Source: a virus
Direction: 5' to 3' (one strand)
Virus genome (UHGV): UHGV-0205415
Length of the DNA stretch: 39,456 nt
Positions 1 through 8,497 of the stretch are shown here, in pieces. Within the stretch, counting starts at the first letter, position 1. Every line of letters begins with the position of its first letter. Below the pieces are notes generated by a model, which saw only the letters and a list, made by a program, of their open reading frames with translations, ran no database searches and was not told the DNA's origin. A program made the translations under genes and the position numbers.

Positions 1-59
1 TGACGTAGTTAAGTTGTTTGAGTTTGATACATTCGAAAGCCCAGCAAAGGAGGCAACCA

Positions 60-740
60 GTGAGCAAGATTGATTATCAAAAGCTTCGTGAAATCGCTGA
101 AAAAACAAAAATTGCTGGTGAAGCACCTGTAATGCCCTTCGATCAGCGAATTAATGCGCTTAACGATTTTATGAAGCACTTTTCGCCAGATATCGCGCTG
201 GCACTACTGGATGAACGGGAAAGAAACCAGCAATACATCAAAAGCCGCGACCAGGAGAACGAGGAAATTGCGCTAACGGTAGGGAAGCTGCGTGTTGAGC
301 TGGAAGCAGCAAAAAAGCGCATAGCAGAACTGGAAGCCGAACCTGTAAGCCAAGCTTACAACTTGGCAGAATTAATCGAAGGCATGGAAGTTTCCATTGA
401 TGTAAGCACTTGTGATGCTGATTTAGGTAATCGCTATTTCGGCACCGTCACCGAGGCGTTAGAACTTGATACTGCCAAGAATGGTCACATCCTCCTGGTT
501 CAGGACGCAGAGCCAAACTTCGATGTAAATGGCAACTCTCCGGTAACTCCGGATGCCTGGATAAGCTGTAGTGAGCGAATGCCGAACGACGCGCAGTGGT
601 GCGTAGTTGACGCCGAAGGCGGGTATTACGTGCAATGCTGGTCTGAAGGTCAAGGATGGCTTGGAGATGACATCAGCCTACGTGATTGCGATGTAATCAG
701 ATGGATGCCGCTACCAGAGCCGCCGCAGGAGATGAAGTGA
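60..740 (+). CDS. Ead/Ea22-like early protein with C-terminal DUF551-like motif (WMPLPEPP)
   Basis: ORF 18..740; GTG at 60 preceded by AAGGAGG; coiled-coil N-terminus and C-terminal motif typical of lambdoid Ea22/Ead proteins (recalled). Confidence 0.55.
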   Translation: MSKIDYQKLREIAEKTKIAGEAPVMPFDQRINALNDFMKHFSPDIALALLDERERNQQYIKSRDQENEEIALTVGKLRVELEAAKKRIAELEAEPVSQAYNLAELIEGMEVSIDVSTCDADLGNRYFGTVTEALELDTAKNGHILLVQDAEPNFDVNGNSPVTPDAWISCSERMPNDAQWCVVDAEGGYYVQCWSEGQGWLGDDISLRDCDVIRWMPLPEPPQEMK

Positions 741-1024
741 TGGACTCCTTCGCGAAATATACGATTATTGACTGGATGGCATCCCTTCAGGTTTTGCTCA
801 TCTGGTTTTATATGGCTTACAGGAGTGGACAGTGGATTGTCAGTGTAGCATGTGGCAAGGGATGGCGTTGGTGGAACCGAAAGAATAAAAAAGCACTAGC
901 CTTGGATTCGTTTTACGAAGCATTCAATCTTAACAGCCTTCAGCCTGGTTCTGTCATTGTAGTCACCACTCAAAGCGGCATGACGATACAAATTCACAAG
1001 CCAAAGGAGGAAGGTCGTGGCTAA
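740..1024 (+). CDS. hypothetical protein
   Basis: ATG at 740 overlaps upstream stop (TGATG); track ORF 686..1024 trimmed to this start. Confidence 0.4.
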   Translation: MDSFAKYTIIDWMASLQVLLIWFYMAYRSGQWIVSVACGKGWRWWNRKNKKALALDSFYEAFNLNSLQPGSVIVVTTQSGMTIQIHKPKEEGRG

Positions 1025-1301
1025 CCTGCAACTTGCCGTCAAAGGTGAATACTTCGATGCAATGATTCGCGGAGAGAAAACGGAAGAGTATCGCTTGTGT
1101 AATGACTACTGGAATAAGCGAATTATGTTCCGGGAGTATGACCGCCTGATTATCACAAAGGGATATCCGAAGCGCGACGATTCCAGCCGTAGAATTGATG
1201 TTCCGTATGACGGATATGAAATCAAGACAATCACACATCCGCACTTCGGCGATAAACCGGTTAAGGTATACGCGATAAAGGTAAATATCGGCACTGAATA
1301 A
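1017..1301 (+). CDS. ASCH/PUA-like domain protein (tentative)
   Basis: GTG start preceded by AAGGAGG; small protein resembling phage ASCH-domain proteins (recalled, weak). Confidence 0.45.
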   Translation: MANLQLAVKGEYFDAMIRGEKTEEYRLCNDYWNKRIMFREYDRLIITKGYPKRDDSSRRIDVPYDGYEIKTITHPHFGDKPVKVYAIKVNIGTE

Positions 1302-1305
1302 CAAT

Positions 1306-1362
1306 CCTCGCACTCGCGGGGATTTCTTTTATCTGAACTCGCTACGGCGGGTTTTGTTTTTT
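1306..1362 (+). terminator. tandem intrinsic terminator candidates
   Basis: CCTCGC-actc-GCGGGG hairpin then ATTTCTTTT; second CTCGC-tacg-GCGGG hairpin then TTTTGTTTTTT. Confidence 0.45.
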
Positions 1363-1372
1363 GGAGATGATT

Positions 1373-1672
1373 ATGGCCTGTTCAACATTCAACCCTCTAA
1401 CATTACAGAAATACCAGCCAGACCCTGAAGATTTATGCTCACTGTGTGGCGGAAATCATGGTAAAGCCGCCATGATCGAATGTAAGGACAAAATCCACAT
1501 TTGCCTTAATTGCGTTGATGTCCTCGTTGATATCAAAAATGAGAGAGAAGATAAAAAGCGTAGCGAGGCTGTTCGCGCCTTAGATTCATGGATGCGAGAT
1601 GGGTATAGTGCTGCGCAAATTTATGACTTAGCCATTTCAAAAGGCGAAATACCAGGTGTGCGAATCGAATAA
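1373..1672 (+). CDS. hypothetical protein with Cys-x2-Cys pairs (possible zinc ribbon)
   Basis: ORF 1361..1672; ATG at 1373 six nt after GGAG; CSLCGG...CLNC motif. Confidence 0.45.
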   Translation: MACSTFNPLTLQKYQPDPEDLCSLCGGNHGKAAMIECKDKIHICLNCVDVLVDIKNEREDKKRSEAVRALDSWMRDGYSAAQIYDLAISKGEIPGVRIE

Positions 1673-1707
1673 GAAGCGCACTCAAGCATCTTTTGGAGAA
1701 ATCACAA

Positions 1708-1875
1708 ATGCACTTCCGAGTCACAGGTGAATGGAATGGAGAGCCATTCAACAGAGTTATCGAAGCCGAGAACATCAGCGACTGCTATGACCACTGGATG
1801 CTGTGGGCGCAGATAGCACATGCAGACGTAACCAATATTCGAATTGAAGAACTGAAAGAACACCAAGCCGCCTGA
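1708..1875 (+). CDS. hypothetical small protein
   Basis: ORF 1693..1875; internal ATG at 1708 after GGAG. Confidence 0.35.
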   Translation: MHFRVTGEWNGEPFNRVIEAENISDCYDHWMLWAQIAHADVTNIRIEELKEHQAA

Positions 1876-1901
1876 TGGCGGTTTTTTATTGGAGACAAGA
1901 A

Positions 1902-2246
1902 ATGTCAGATTTGGCTATGAAGGTTTTGAAATGGCAATCGACAGGCGATGTCGGCATCAGTAGCGCAACTCTTGCCTCAATCGCATGTGGACTGAAAAAG
2001 AATATCTATGGTCATCACTTCGGCGCTCCACATGACGCAGCCGATTTCCGGCGATGCGTTGCACTTGTTGAGCAGATTCCAGAAATCAGAGATTCATTCG
2101 GCAAGGTTGCAAAGCGCGTTCCGGCATTCAAAGGAATCCTCAACGAATGGGATTCACTCGTTGCTCTGTTGAAGTCTGAAATGAAGATACACGGAAACAA
2201 AGCACCAGAGACTTACAGAAGAATTAGCGAGTTACGCAAGGACTAA
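1902..2246 (+). CDS. hypothetical protein
   Basis: ORF 1875..2246; ATG at 1902 after GGAG; CCGCC-tgat-GGCGG plus T7 hairpin at 1868..1888 just upstream. Confidence 0.4.
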   Translation: MSDLAMKVLKWQSTGDVGISSATLASIACGLKKNIYGHHFGAPHDAADFRRCVALVEQIPEIRDSFGKVAKRVPAFKGILNEWDSLVALLKSEMKIHGNKAPETYRRISELRKD

Positions 2247-2250
2247 CCAC

Positions 2251-2328
2251 AGCCTCACACTCGATGAGGCCTGTTCATTTCTCAAGATATCCAGACCTGC
2301 CATTGCCGCATCAATGCGGTTTTTTTAT
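2251..2328 (+). terminator. intrinsic terminator candidates downstream of the ea-region cassette
   Basis: GCCTCA-cactcga-TGAGGC hairpin at 2251..2270; CCGCA-tcaa-TGCGG followed by TTTTTTTAT at 2306..2328. Confidence 0.5.
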
Positions 2329-2371
2329 TGCCTGATTTGCAGGTTCGATTCCCTATTCGGAGATAGCACTC

Positions 2372-2572
2372 ATGCAACACGAACTACAACCTGATTCACT
2401 GGTTGATTTGAAATTCATCATGGCTGATACTGGCTTCGGTAAAACCTTCATCTACGACCGGATTAAGTCCGGCGACCTGCCAAAAGCCAAAGTTATCCAC
2501 GGGCGAGCAAGATGGTTATATCGTGACCATTGTGAATTCAAAAATAAGCTCTTAAGCCGCGCCAATGGGTAA
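2372..2572 (+). CDS. xis: AlpA-family excisionase/transcriptional regulator
   Basis: 66-aa HTH protein immediately upstream of integrase on same strand; resembles AlpA/Xis family (recalled). Confidence 0.6.
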   Translation: MQHELQPDSLVDLKFIMADTGFGKTFIYDRIKSGDLPKAKVIHGRARWLYRDHCEFKNKLLSRANG

Positions 2573-2821
2573 AATAGCGGGTAAAATATTTCTTACATCT
2601 AAAAAACATCATTCCAATCAATCCCCTGCCGCGCCAAGTAGATGTCTGCAGGGGACACCATTTATCAGTTCGCTCCCATCCGTACTAGTCCGCAAAATCC
2701 CCTGCATATCAAGCCTTCCATAGATTCACAGTTCGTAATGGTTCGCGTCAGATCGTTGACAGCCGCACACCATGACGGGTAAAAAGTGGATAAAATAATT
2801 TTACCCACCGGATTTTTACCC

Positions 2822-3979
2822 ATGCTCACCGTTAAGCAGATTGAAGCAGCAAAGCCGAAAGAAAAACCATACCGCCTTCTCGATGGTAATGGCCTGTACC
2901 TTTATGTTCCTGTATCCGGGAAAAAGGTATGGCAGCTTCGCTACAAGATTGACGGTAAGGAAAAAATACTGACCGTCGGAAAATATCCGCTTATGACTTT
3001 GCAGGAGGCAAGGGATAAAGCATGGACCGCGAGGAAAGACATCTCGGTTGGCATCGATCCGGTAAAAGCGAAAAAGGCTTCGTCTAATAACAATTCCTTT
3101 AGCGCCATTTACAAGGAATGGTACGAGCACAAGAAGCAAGTATGGTCAGTAGGGTATGCGACTGAACTTGCCAAAATGTTTGATGACGACATTTTACCCA
3201 TCATCGGCGGCCTTGAGATTCAGGATATTGAGCCGATGCAACTGCTGGAAGTAATCCGCAGATTTGAAGATCGCGGTGCAATGGAGCGAGCCAACAAAGC
3301 CCGCAGAAGATGCGGCGAGGTTTTCCGTTACGCTATTGTCACCGGAAGGGCTAAATATAACCCAGCACCTGACCTTGCTGACGCCATGAAAGGATACCGC
3401 AAGAAGAACTTCCCGTTTCTTCCAGCAGACCAGATCCCTGCATTCAACAAAGCACTGGCAACATTTTCAGGAAGCATCGTATCGCTCATTGCGACCAAAG
3501 TTTTACGCTACACAGCCCTAAGAACGAAAGAGCTTCGTTCCATGCAATGGAAGAACGTCGATTTTGAAAACAGGATTATCACTATCGACGCCAGTGTGAT
3601 GAAGGGCCGCAAGATTCATGTTGTTCCTATGTCAGACCAGGTGGTTGAACTTCTCACTACGCTAAGCTCCATCACTAAACCAGTATCAGAGTTTGTTTTT
3701 GCCGGGCGCAACGATAAGAAGAAGCCAATCTGCGAGAACGCGGTATTGCTTGTGATCAAACAAATCGGCTATGAGGGTCTGGAAAGCGGTCACGGATTCA
3801 GGCATGAATTCAGCACGATTATGAACGAGCACGAATGGCCTGCCGACGCCATTGAAGTGCAACTGGCACATGCCAACGGCGGTTCTGTGCGCGGGATTTA
3901 CAACCATGCTCAGTATCTCGATAAGCGCAGAGAAATGATGCAGTGGTGGGCGGACTGGCTTGATGAGAAGGTGGAGTGA
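2822..3979 (+). CDS. int: tyrosine site-specific integrase (Arm-binding N-terminal domain type); alternative GTG start at 2786
   Basis: MLTVKQIEAAKPKEKPYRL N-terminus, C-terminal HxxR...Y catalytic region typical of phage integrases. Confidence 0.9.
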   Translation: MLTVKQIEAAKPKEKPYRLLDGNGLYLYVPVSGKKVWQLRYKIDGKEKILTVGKYPLMTLQEARDKAWTARKDISVGIDPVKAKKASSNNNSFSAIYKEWYEHKKQVWSVGYATELAKMFDDDILPIIGGLEIQDIEPMQLLEVIRRFEDRGAMERANKARRRCGEVFRYAIVTGRAKYNPAPDLADAMKGYRKKNFPFLPADQIPAFNKALATFSGSIVSLIATKVLRYTALRTKELRSMQWKNVDFENRIITIDASVMKGRKIHVVPMSDQVVELLTTLSSITKPVSEFVFAGRNDKKKPICENAVLLVIKQIGYEGLESGHGFRHEFSTIMNEHEWPADAIEVQLAHANGGSVRGIYNHAQYLDKRREMMQWWADWLDEKVE

Positions 3980-4003
3980 ACCACCTTAACCACTATCGAA
4001 GAG

Positions 4004-4037
4004 CACAAAGCATTGCAATCAAGTGCAAAGCTTTGTG
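4004..4037. other. 14-bp-arm inverted repeat (one mismatch) with 6-nt spacer between convergent int and tailspike genes; candidate attP core or bidirectional terminator
   Basis: CACAAAGCATTGCA-atcaag-TGCAAAGCTTTGTG read directly from sequence. Confidence 0.3.
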
Positions 4038-4059
4038 TCTAACACTTATTTAAACAACA

Positions 4060-6057
4060 TTATATTGCAGATATTATAAAACATAATAATTCTTCATATC
4101 TTATTCCATATCGCTCACCCCCTTCTATAGATATTCTGCGTTCTCCAGTATCATATTCAATTAATTTTTCATCACCGGATTCTTCATCAAAAATTATCTT
4201 TTTAGCAATTACTGGTTCGTATTCAGTTTCCCATTTATCATAGCAAAAAAGACCATAGTCGTTTGCATCAAGCCCTTCTTCAGCAAATGCTTTATATACA
4301 TCTTGGGCAATAATGCCAAAATGTAATCTAGCATTTTCTCCTTTTTCAATTACTGAATCTATAAATCTAAAACAACAAACCAAACCCTTTATTTTATATG
4401 CAACACGTCTCTCTGCATCAGTAATCGGTCTTTTATCAGTCTTAACTCGACCATCCGATGTGTTAATCGTTGAAGTGCCAGCAAATATTGTATTCCACCT
4501 TCTGGATGCTGAACCGCAATTTCTAGCGTTATCTGTTGCTGGTTGTACCGACGCATCAAAACGAGCATAATTATTCTCATCAGAAACAGGTCCCATCAAT
4601 CCACTCAAAAAAGGGAGCCCGCTCTGATTAGCAATTATTAATTGGTTGTCACCTGAAGAAATTGCCGAACCGGCATTGGTTCCGATAAATATATTACCTG
4701 TTCCAGAGCTTAACGATCTACCAGATCTATATCCAAGCATTACATTGTTACTTGCCGAACCAATAGAATTAAGTGAGTCGGCTCCTACTGCGACATTATT
4801 CATCCCTGTAGATGTGCCTGTATAAGGGTTATCTATAGAAGAAATCCCTCTTCCTGATCCGCTACCAATATATGTATTGTTATCTCCATTTGTAATCTCC
4901 CTTCCGGATGCATTGCCTATAAATGTGTTATTATTTAGAATGTTATAAGACAACCTTTTGCCTGATTGGTCTGTAACAATTCCAGCTCGCATTCCAGCCG
5001 CTCGACCTATTGCAACATTACCACTACCAGTATGAAGTTGTTGTAATGCACTTGATCCTACTGCAACATTAAAATTTCCTTCTTTATTTTCATTTAGGGC
5101 ATCGCGCCCAATTCCAATTATGTTACTAGCTGTGGTTGATTTTTTGCACGCATTCACACCAATTGCTACAATCTCAGTGCCAGTGCATGGCGATGTATCT
5201 GTGAGATCGTCTTGAAGGGTATCACCTGATAATACACCTGTCCCAATTGCTGTAATGTTATTGCCCGTGCTAATGTTTCTTCCTGCACTTGGTCCAATCG
5301 CAACAACTTGCCCGGATATATCATTTCCATTATATATCTTGCCAGCATCAAAACCAAAAAAAACATTTCCAATTGTCTGAGCAGGATTTGCAAATGGAAT
5401 AGGTTCGTCTCCTTTACTTTGTATTATTTTACCAGGGCCATAAAATTTTCCATTAATATAGTTCTCAATTAAATAAGTACCTTGTGGAACATAAACACCG
5501 TCAGGTGAAACTGAAGATGCATAGGAAAATATATGTGTTGCGTCAATATTGCCATTAACAATGTCGCTAACATCTTCATGTTTTACAAAATCAAGAATAC
5601 TAATATTCTCTGCATTTTTATCATGCTGTGTTCGTTTTGTAGAATTAATTAAAGGTTGTTTTACTGTGATTAATGAATCACCAAGCCCATCATCTGAACT
5701 TAAAAGTTCTTGCCTTAACTGATCCGGGTCATACTTCAGCACATTAGGAAAATAAAACTGCTGCGCACCATATGCATCATAAACAGCCATAGAATGGCCT
5801 TGCACAGTTACGAACTTGGCAATCTGTCCGTTATATACCGGATATCCGGCAGCGTTAATGATTATTGGTTGCGAAACAGGAATGTGAGAACCGTCTTCGT
5901 TCTCTACATAAACCTGAATCTGGTTTTCAGGATTTACCGGGTCAGTGTCAATTTTACCGATATAAATTTTGCCATTGGCTACGGCTTTAAAAGAACGCGC
6001 CATAGTGAAGAGTTGCGAAGGCATACTCACTACAACATTGGCTGTAATGTCTGTCAT
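4060..6057 (-). CDS. tailspike protein: P22 gp9-like head-binding N-terminus, repeat-rich central domain, C-terminal S74-type intramolecular chaperone domain
   Basis: N-terminus [11 protein letters not shown]...[11 protein letters not shown]...VTVQGHSMA...LKYDPDQ matches P22 tailspike head-binding domain (recalled); C-terminus resembles autoproteolytic chaperone of endosialidase/tail fibers. Confidence 0.85.
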   Translation of the reverse strand: MTDITANVVVSMPSQLFTMARSFKAVANGKIYIGKIDTDPVNPENQIQVYVENEDGSHIPVSQPIIINAAGYPVYNGQIAKFVTVQGHSMAVYDAYGAQQFYFPNVLKYDPDQLRQELLSSDDGLGDSLITVKQPLINSTKRTQHDKNAENISILDFVKHEDVSDIVNGNIDATHIFSYASSVSPDGVYVPQGTYLIENYINGKFYGPGKIIQSKGDEPIPFANPAQTIGNVFFGFDAGKIYNGNDISGQVVAIGPSAGRNISTGNNITAIGTGVLSGDTLQDDLTDTSPCTGTEIVAIGVNACKKSTTASNIIGIGRDALNENKEGNFNVAVGSSALQQLHTGSGNVAIGRAAGMRAGIVTDQSGKRLSYNILNNNTFIGNASGREITNGDNNTYIGSGSGRGISSIDNPYTGTSTGMNNVAVGADSLNSIGSASNNVMLGYRSGRSLSSGTGNIFIGTNAGSAISSGDNQLIIANQSGLPFLSGLMGPVSDENNYARFDASVQPATDNARNCGSASRRWNTIFAGTSTINTSDGRVKTDKRPITDAERRVAYKIKGLVCCFRFIDSVIEKGENARLHFGIIAQDVYKAFAEEGLDANDYGLFCYDKWETEYEPVIAKKIIFDEESGDEKLIEYDTGERRISIEGGERYGIRYEELLCFIISAI

Positions 6058-6189
6058 TTAATTTGCTCCAGATACAAGGAATGGCCGCAGCATGGCTACG
6101 GTTGGTATTTGTTGCATACCGAAACGGTACGATTGTTGATTTGTACAGTAGGTTTTACGATGCCATTCCACCCATTTGGTGAGGCATTG

Positions 6190-6447
6190 ATGATGTACAG
6201 CAAATACGATGAGGCGCAGTTCCACTTGAGGCTTACGCACGAGTTGCACGCTAAGATTAAGCAGCGTGCAAAAATGAATAACAGGTCTATCAATTCCGAA
6301 ATTGTGGCTACGATGGAAGAATCACTCTCCAAACCATCACCTGTAAGCGGGTATCGTGATGAAGAAGAGAGGCTGGCCTCATTAATCTCGGAACGAGTAA
6401 AAGAAGTTGCGGCTGATATCCTTAGAAAAGAAAAAACCCGCGATTAA
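6190..6447 (+). CDS. mnt: Mnt-like ribbon-helix-helix repressor
   Basis: Only the C-terminal 86 codons of track ORF 5794..6447; NNRSINSEIV and SKPSPVSGYR motifs match P22 Mnt (recalled); GGTGAGG RBS before ATG. Confidence 0.75.
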   Translation: MMYSKYDEAQFHLRLTHELHAKIKQRAKMNNRSINSEIVATMEESLSKPSPVSGYRDEEERLASLISERVKEVAADILRKEKTRD

Positions 6448-6456
6448 GCGGGTTTA
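6426..6456. terminator. bidirectional intrinsic terminator between convergent mnt-like gene and antirepressor operon
   Basis: A-run, CCCGC-gattaa-GCGGG hairpin, T-run; U-tract on minus strand directly follows the hairpin. Confidence 0.5.
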
Positions 6457-6461
6457 GTTGG

Positions 6462-6683
6462 TTAGTTATCAAAAAGTCCGTACGTTTCTTCTTCTTCAGG
6501 TGTAAGGGGAAGAATCTCTACTCTATCTATAGATACCTTTTCAATGTACCCATGAGGTCTACTTAAAATTAAAGCTCTCTCATGCCACAGAACTCCAAGA
6601 ATGTGATACCTCCCAGCATCGCCTTTTACCCTGGCTCTTCCTTTGATTCTTGGCGGCATAATGCCATATTTTTTCTTTGCCAT
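6462..6683 (-). CDS. hypothetical basic 73-aa protein, translationally coupled to upstream gene
   Basis: ATG overlaps upstream stop (TAATG); no family recognised. Confidence 0.4.
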   Translation of the reverse strand: MAKKKYGIMPPRIKGRARVKGDAGRYHILGVLWHERALILSRPHGYIEKVSIDRVEILPLTPEEEETYGLFDN

Positions 6684-7411
6684 TATGCAACATTACTCCC
6701 ATGAATCAGGTGTTGTAGTGCTTTAACACCTTCCGCATTGTAGCGGAATGCTTCCACCTGTTTGCTGGAATGCGCAGATTTATCCAGGAAGAACTTACCG
6801 TACTGCTCAGTTTTGAGGTTGTTTGCGTTAGCAATGCGACCAATCTTGTTGGCCGTTACTCCAAGCTGCTCTGCAACCTCCCCTGCTGAGTAGTAATGCT
6901 CTTCTATTGCTGGAAGAGGTATTGCATTAAAACCAACGATCGGGTTTATTATGCTTGCTGCCGCAGTCTGCTTTGCTTCCGGCGCAAGATTTGGCATCAA
7001 ATCGAACAGATTGGTAACAGCTTCAACCGTCATTTTCAATGTTCGCGCCTGGCGATACTCAACAAGTCCACTCGACGATTTACCGCTTTTAATGTGCGCT
7101 TCTTGCATACTTTCAAGTTGGTCTACAAGTGAGCGGCGAACAGCTTTAGATTCACGAGCAGCCACTCGAAGGGCTTGCTTAATTGACATAACAACTTTTT
7201 CAGAAGTTGTCTTGTTTGATTTTTGAACTACGAAAATTTCGTAGTGCTCACCTTCAAGTTCATCCTTAATGCGTGCAATAAAGTCGTTATTGCGGACTTC
7301 TTTTTCCCCGCACTGTCTACGAGCATGATTGACCATCTCTAACAGGTACTGGCTATCAATGGTTTTATCCGTGACAACGGATCCGATGTTTGCTACATTC
7401 TTAAAAGTCAT
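6683..7411 (-). CDS. Rha/antirepressor-family regulatory protein (tentative)
   Basis: ORF 6683..7462; ATG at 7411 with AAGGA RBS; domain resemblance to phage Rha/KilA-C antirepressors (recalled, moderate). Confidence 0.5.
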   Translation of the reverse strand: MTFKNVANIGSVVTDKTIDSQYLLEMVNHARRQCGEKEVRNNDFIARIKDELEGEHYEIFVVQKSNKTTSEKVVMSIKQALRVAARESKAVRRSLVDQLESMQEAHIKSGKSSSGLVEYRQARTLKMTVEAVTNLFDLMPNLAPEAKQTAAASIINPIVGFNAIPLPAIEEHYYSAGEVAEQLGVTANKIGRIANANNLKTEQYGKFFLDKSAHSSKQVEAFRYNAEGVKALQHLIHGSNVA

Positions 7412-7449
7412 TAGGCATTCCTTATGTGGTAGTAAGGGTGTGACATAGG

Positions 7450-7480
7450 CCGCCAGCAGCACACTGGCGGTTTTCTTTTT
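7450..7480 (+). terminator. plus-strand intrinsic terminator-like hairpin inside the minus-strand antirepressor operon
   Basis: CCGCCAG-cagcaca-CTGGCGG followed by TTTTCTTTTT. Confidence 0.3.
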
Positions 7481-7499
7481 GCGCCGTCCGGCGCACCAA

Positions 7500-8138
7500 T
7501 CAATGAATCCATTCCTCGCCGCGAAGTTTTGCCAGCATTGGCTGAGCGTTCTTTACGACAAAATTGTTGGTATCAAGATTCTTCATTTCACGAAGAAGTG
7601 ATTTCTTGGTTTCTTCTGACATGTAGCGAGTCTCATATGCAATATCGTAAATCCTTCCAGAAAGCTCAGAACCAATTTGCTTCATTCCTGGGTAGATGTG
7701 TTTGCACATTTGTTGACTCTTCTCCATCCACAATTGTAAGTAGCAGAGATTAACCAGCTCTTCGTCAGTAAACTGTTTTGCAATCGGTGAGCATTCTGCC
7801 TGCCGATCCAAAATATCCAGCACCCAGCGGCGGAACTCTTTGGCCTTGGGCGTAGAAGCAAACATCGCCACCAAGTGAGCGCCTCGGAGCGAGTAAACTC
7901 TGACCGATTTGTTACGTAAGCTATTGTTTATCCCGTTGACCTTCATATTGAGGGTCAATGACATTGAGTCGGAAAACTCGTCAGCATTACGGGCATAAAT
8001 TTGGCTGATGGCATCAGTTTTTTTATAGCCGAGAGCCTTAGCTAGTTCGGTGGAGGTAAACCAGATAGACCCACCCTCTGTTACAGGGTTAAAGGTGAAT
8101 CCTTGGAAGTTATAATCTGATTTTGCTACAATGTTCAT
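7500..8138 (-). CDS. ant: antirepressor with BRO-N-like domain
   Basis: ORF 7500..8222; ATG at 8138 with AAGGAAA RBS; BRO-N-like segment FTSTELAKALGY...VRVYSLRGAHLVAMF. Confidence 0.7.
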   Translation of the reverse strand: MNIVAKSDYNFQGFTFNPVTEGGSIWFTSTELAKALGYKKTDAISQIYARNADEFSDSMSLTLNMKVNGINNSLRNKSVRVYSLRGAHLVAMFASTPKAKEFRRWVLDILDRQAECSPIAKQFTDEELVNLCYLQLWMEKSQQMCKHIYPGMKQIGSELSGRIYDIAYETRYMSEETKKSLLREMKNLDTNNFVVKNAQPMLAKLRGEEWIH

Positions 8139-8214
8139 GTTAGTTTCCTTGCATACGGTTACTGACATAGAGGCCCGGTTTGTGTTCGCGCACTGCCGGG
8201 CTTCACTATTTTTA
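8123..8214 (+). ncRNA. candidate sar-like antisense RNA covering the ant ribosome-binding site
   Basis: Perfect TATAAT at 8111..8116 on plus strand inside ant 5' end; GCCCGG...CCGGGC hairpin plus T-run in arc-ant intergenic region; analogy to P22 sar RNA. Confidence 0.3.
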
Positions 8215-8385
8215 CTGGGCATTAACTCTTTCCTCTCTCAGGCTTTTAGCCAGTCGCTGCACAATCGCAGAGTTGATAGAAATTCCATCCATTTCAGCAA
8301 CACGTCTAATCTCCTCCTTCATTCGCGCTGGCAAACGAAGCTGGAAACTTTGACTTTTACGACCTGTGTAAAGCACATCTTTCAT
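8212..8385 (-). CDS. arc: Arc-like ribbon-helix-helix repressor
   Basis: ORF 8212..8412; ATG at 8385 with GGAGG RBS; FQLRLPARMKEEIRRVAE...ISINSAIVQRL resembles P22 Arc. Confidence 0.7.
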   Translation of the reverse strand: MKDVLYTGRKSQSFQLRLPARMKEEIRRVAEMDGISINSAIVQRLAKSLREERVNAQ

Positions 8386-8413
8386 AAGTAATCCCCTCCA
8401 CAATGATACCAAC

Positions 8414-8455
8414 TTGGTTCTAGAACCAATTTAACACCATTTATTTTGATGTCAA
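8414..8455 (-). promoter_or_regulatory. Pant-like promoter (-35 TTGACA, 16-nt spacer, -10 TAAATT) overlapped by 16-bp perfect palindrome TTGGTTCTAGAACCAA (operator candidate)
   Basis: Read directly from sequence; sits in divergent region between arc and the second mnt-like gene. Confidence 0.5.
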
Positions 8456-8497
8456 GTTGGTGCTATTGTTTAGCGAACATCTTTACGTTGAGGTCAT

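Noticed and set aside
2342-2352. GGTTCGATTCC, a tRNA T-loop-like 11-mer, considered as tRNA or att remnant
   Set aside because: Flanking sequence cannot form a T-stem or acceptor stem; isolated match
6080-6169. 8-bp inverted repeat GGAATGGC/GCCATTCC spanning 75 bp and internal palindrome TACCGAAACGGTA as a Mnt operator
   Set aside because: No match to the P22 Mnt operator as I recall it and no convincing promoter hexamers; left as part of the immI-like finding
5794-6189. N-terminal 132 codons of track ORF 5794..6447
   Set aside because: Runs antisense through the tailspike 5' end and intergenic region; only the C-terminal Mnt-like portion (from 6190) has an RBS and recognisable homology
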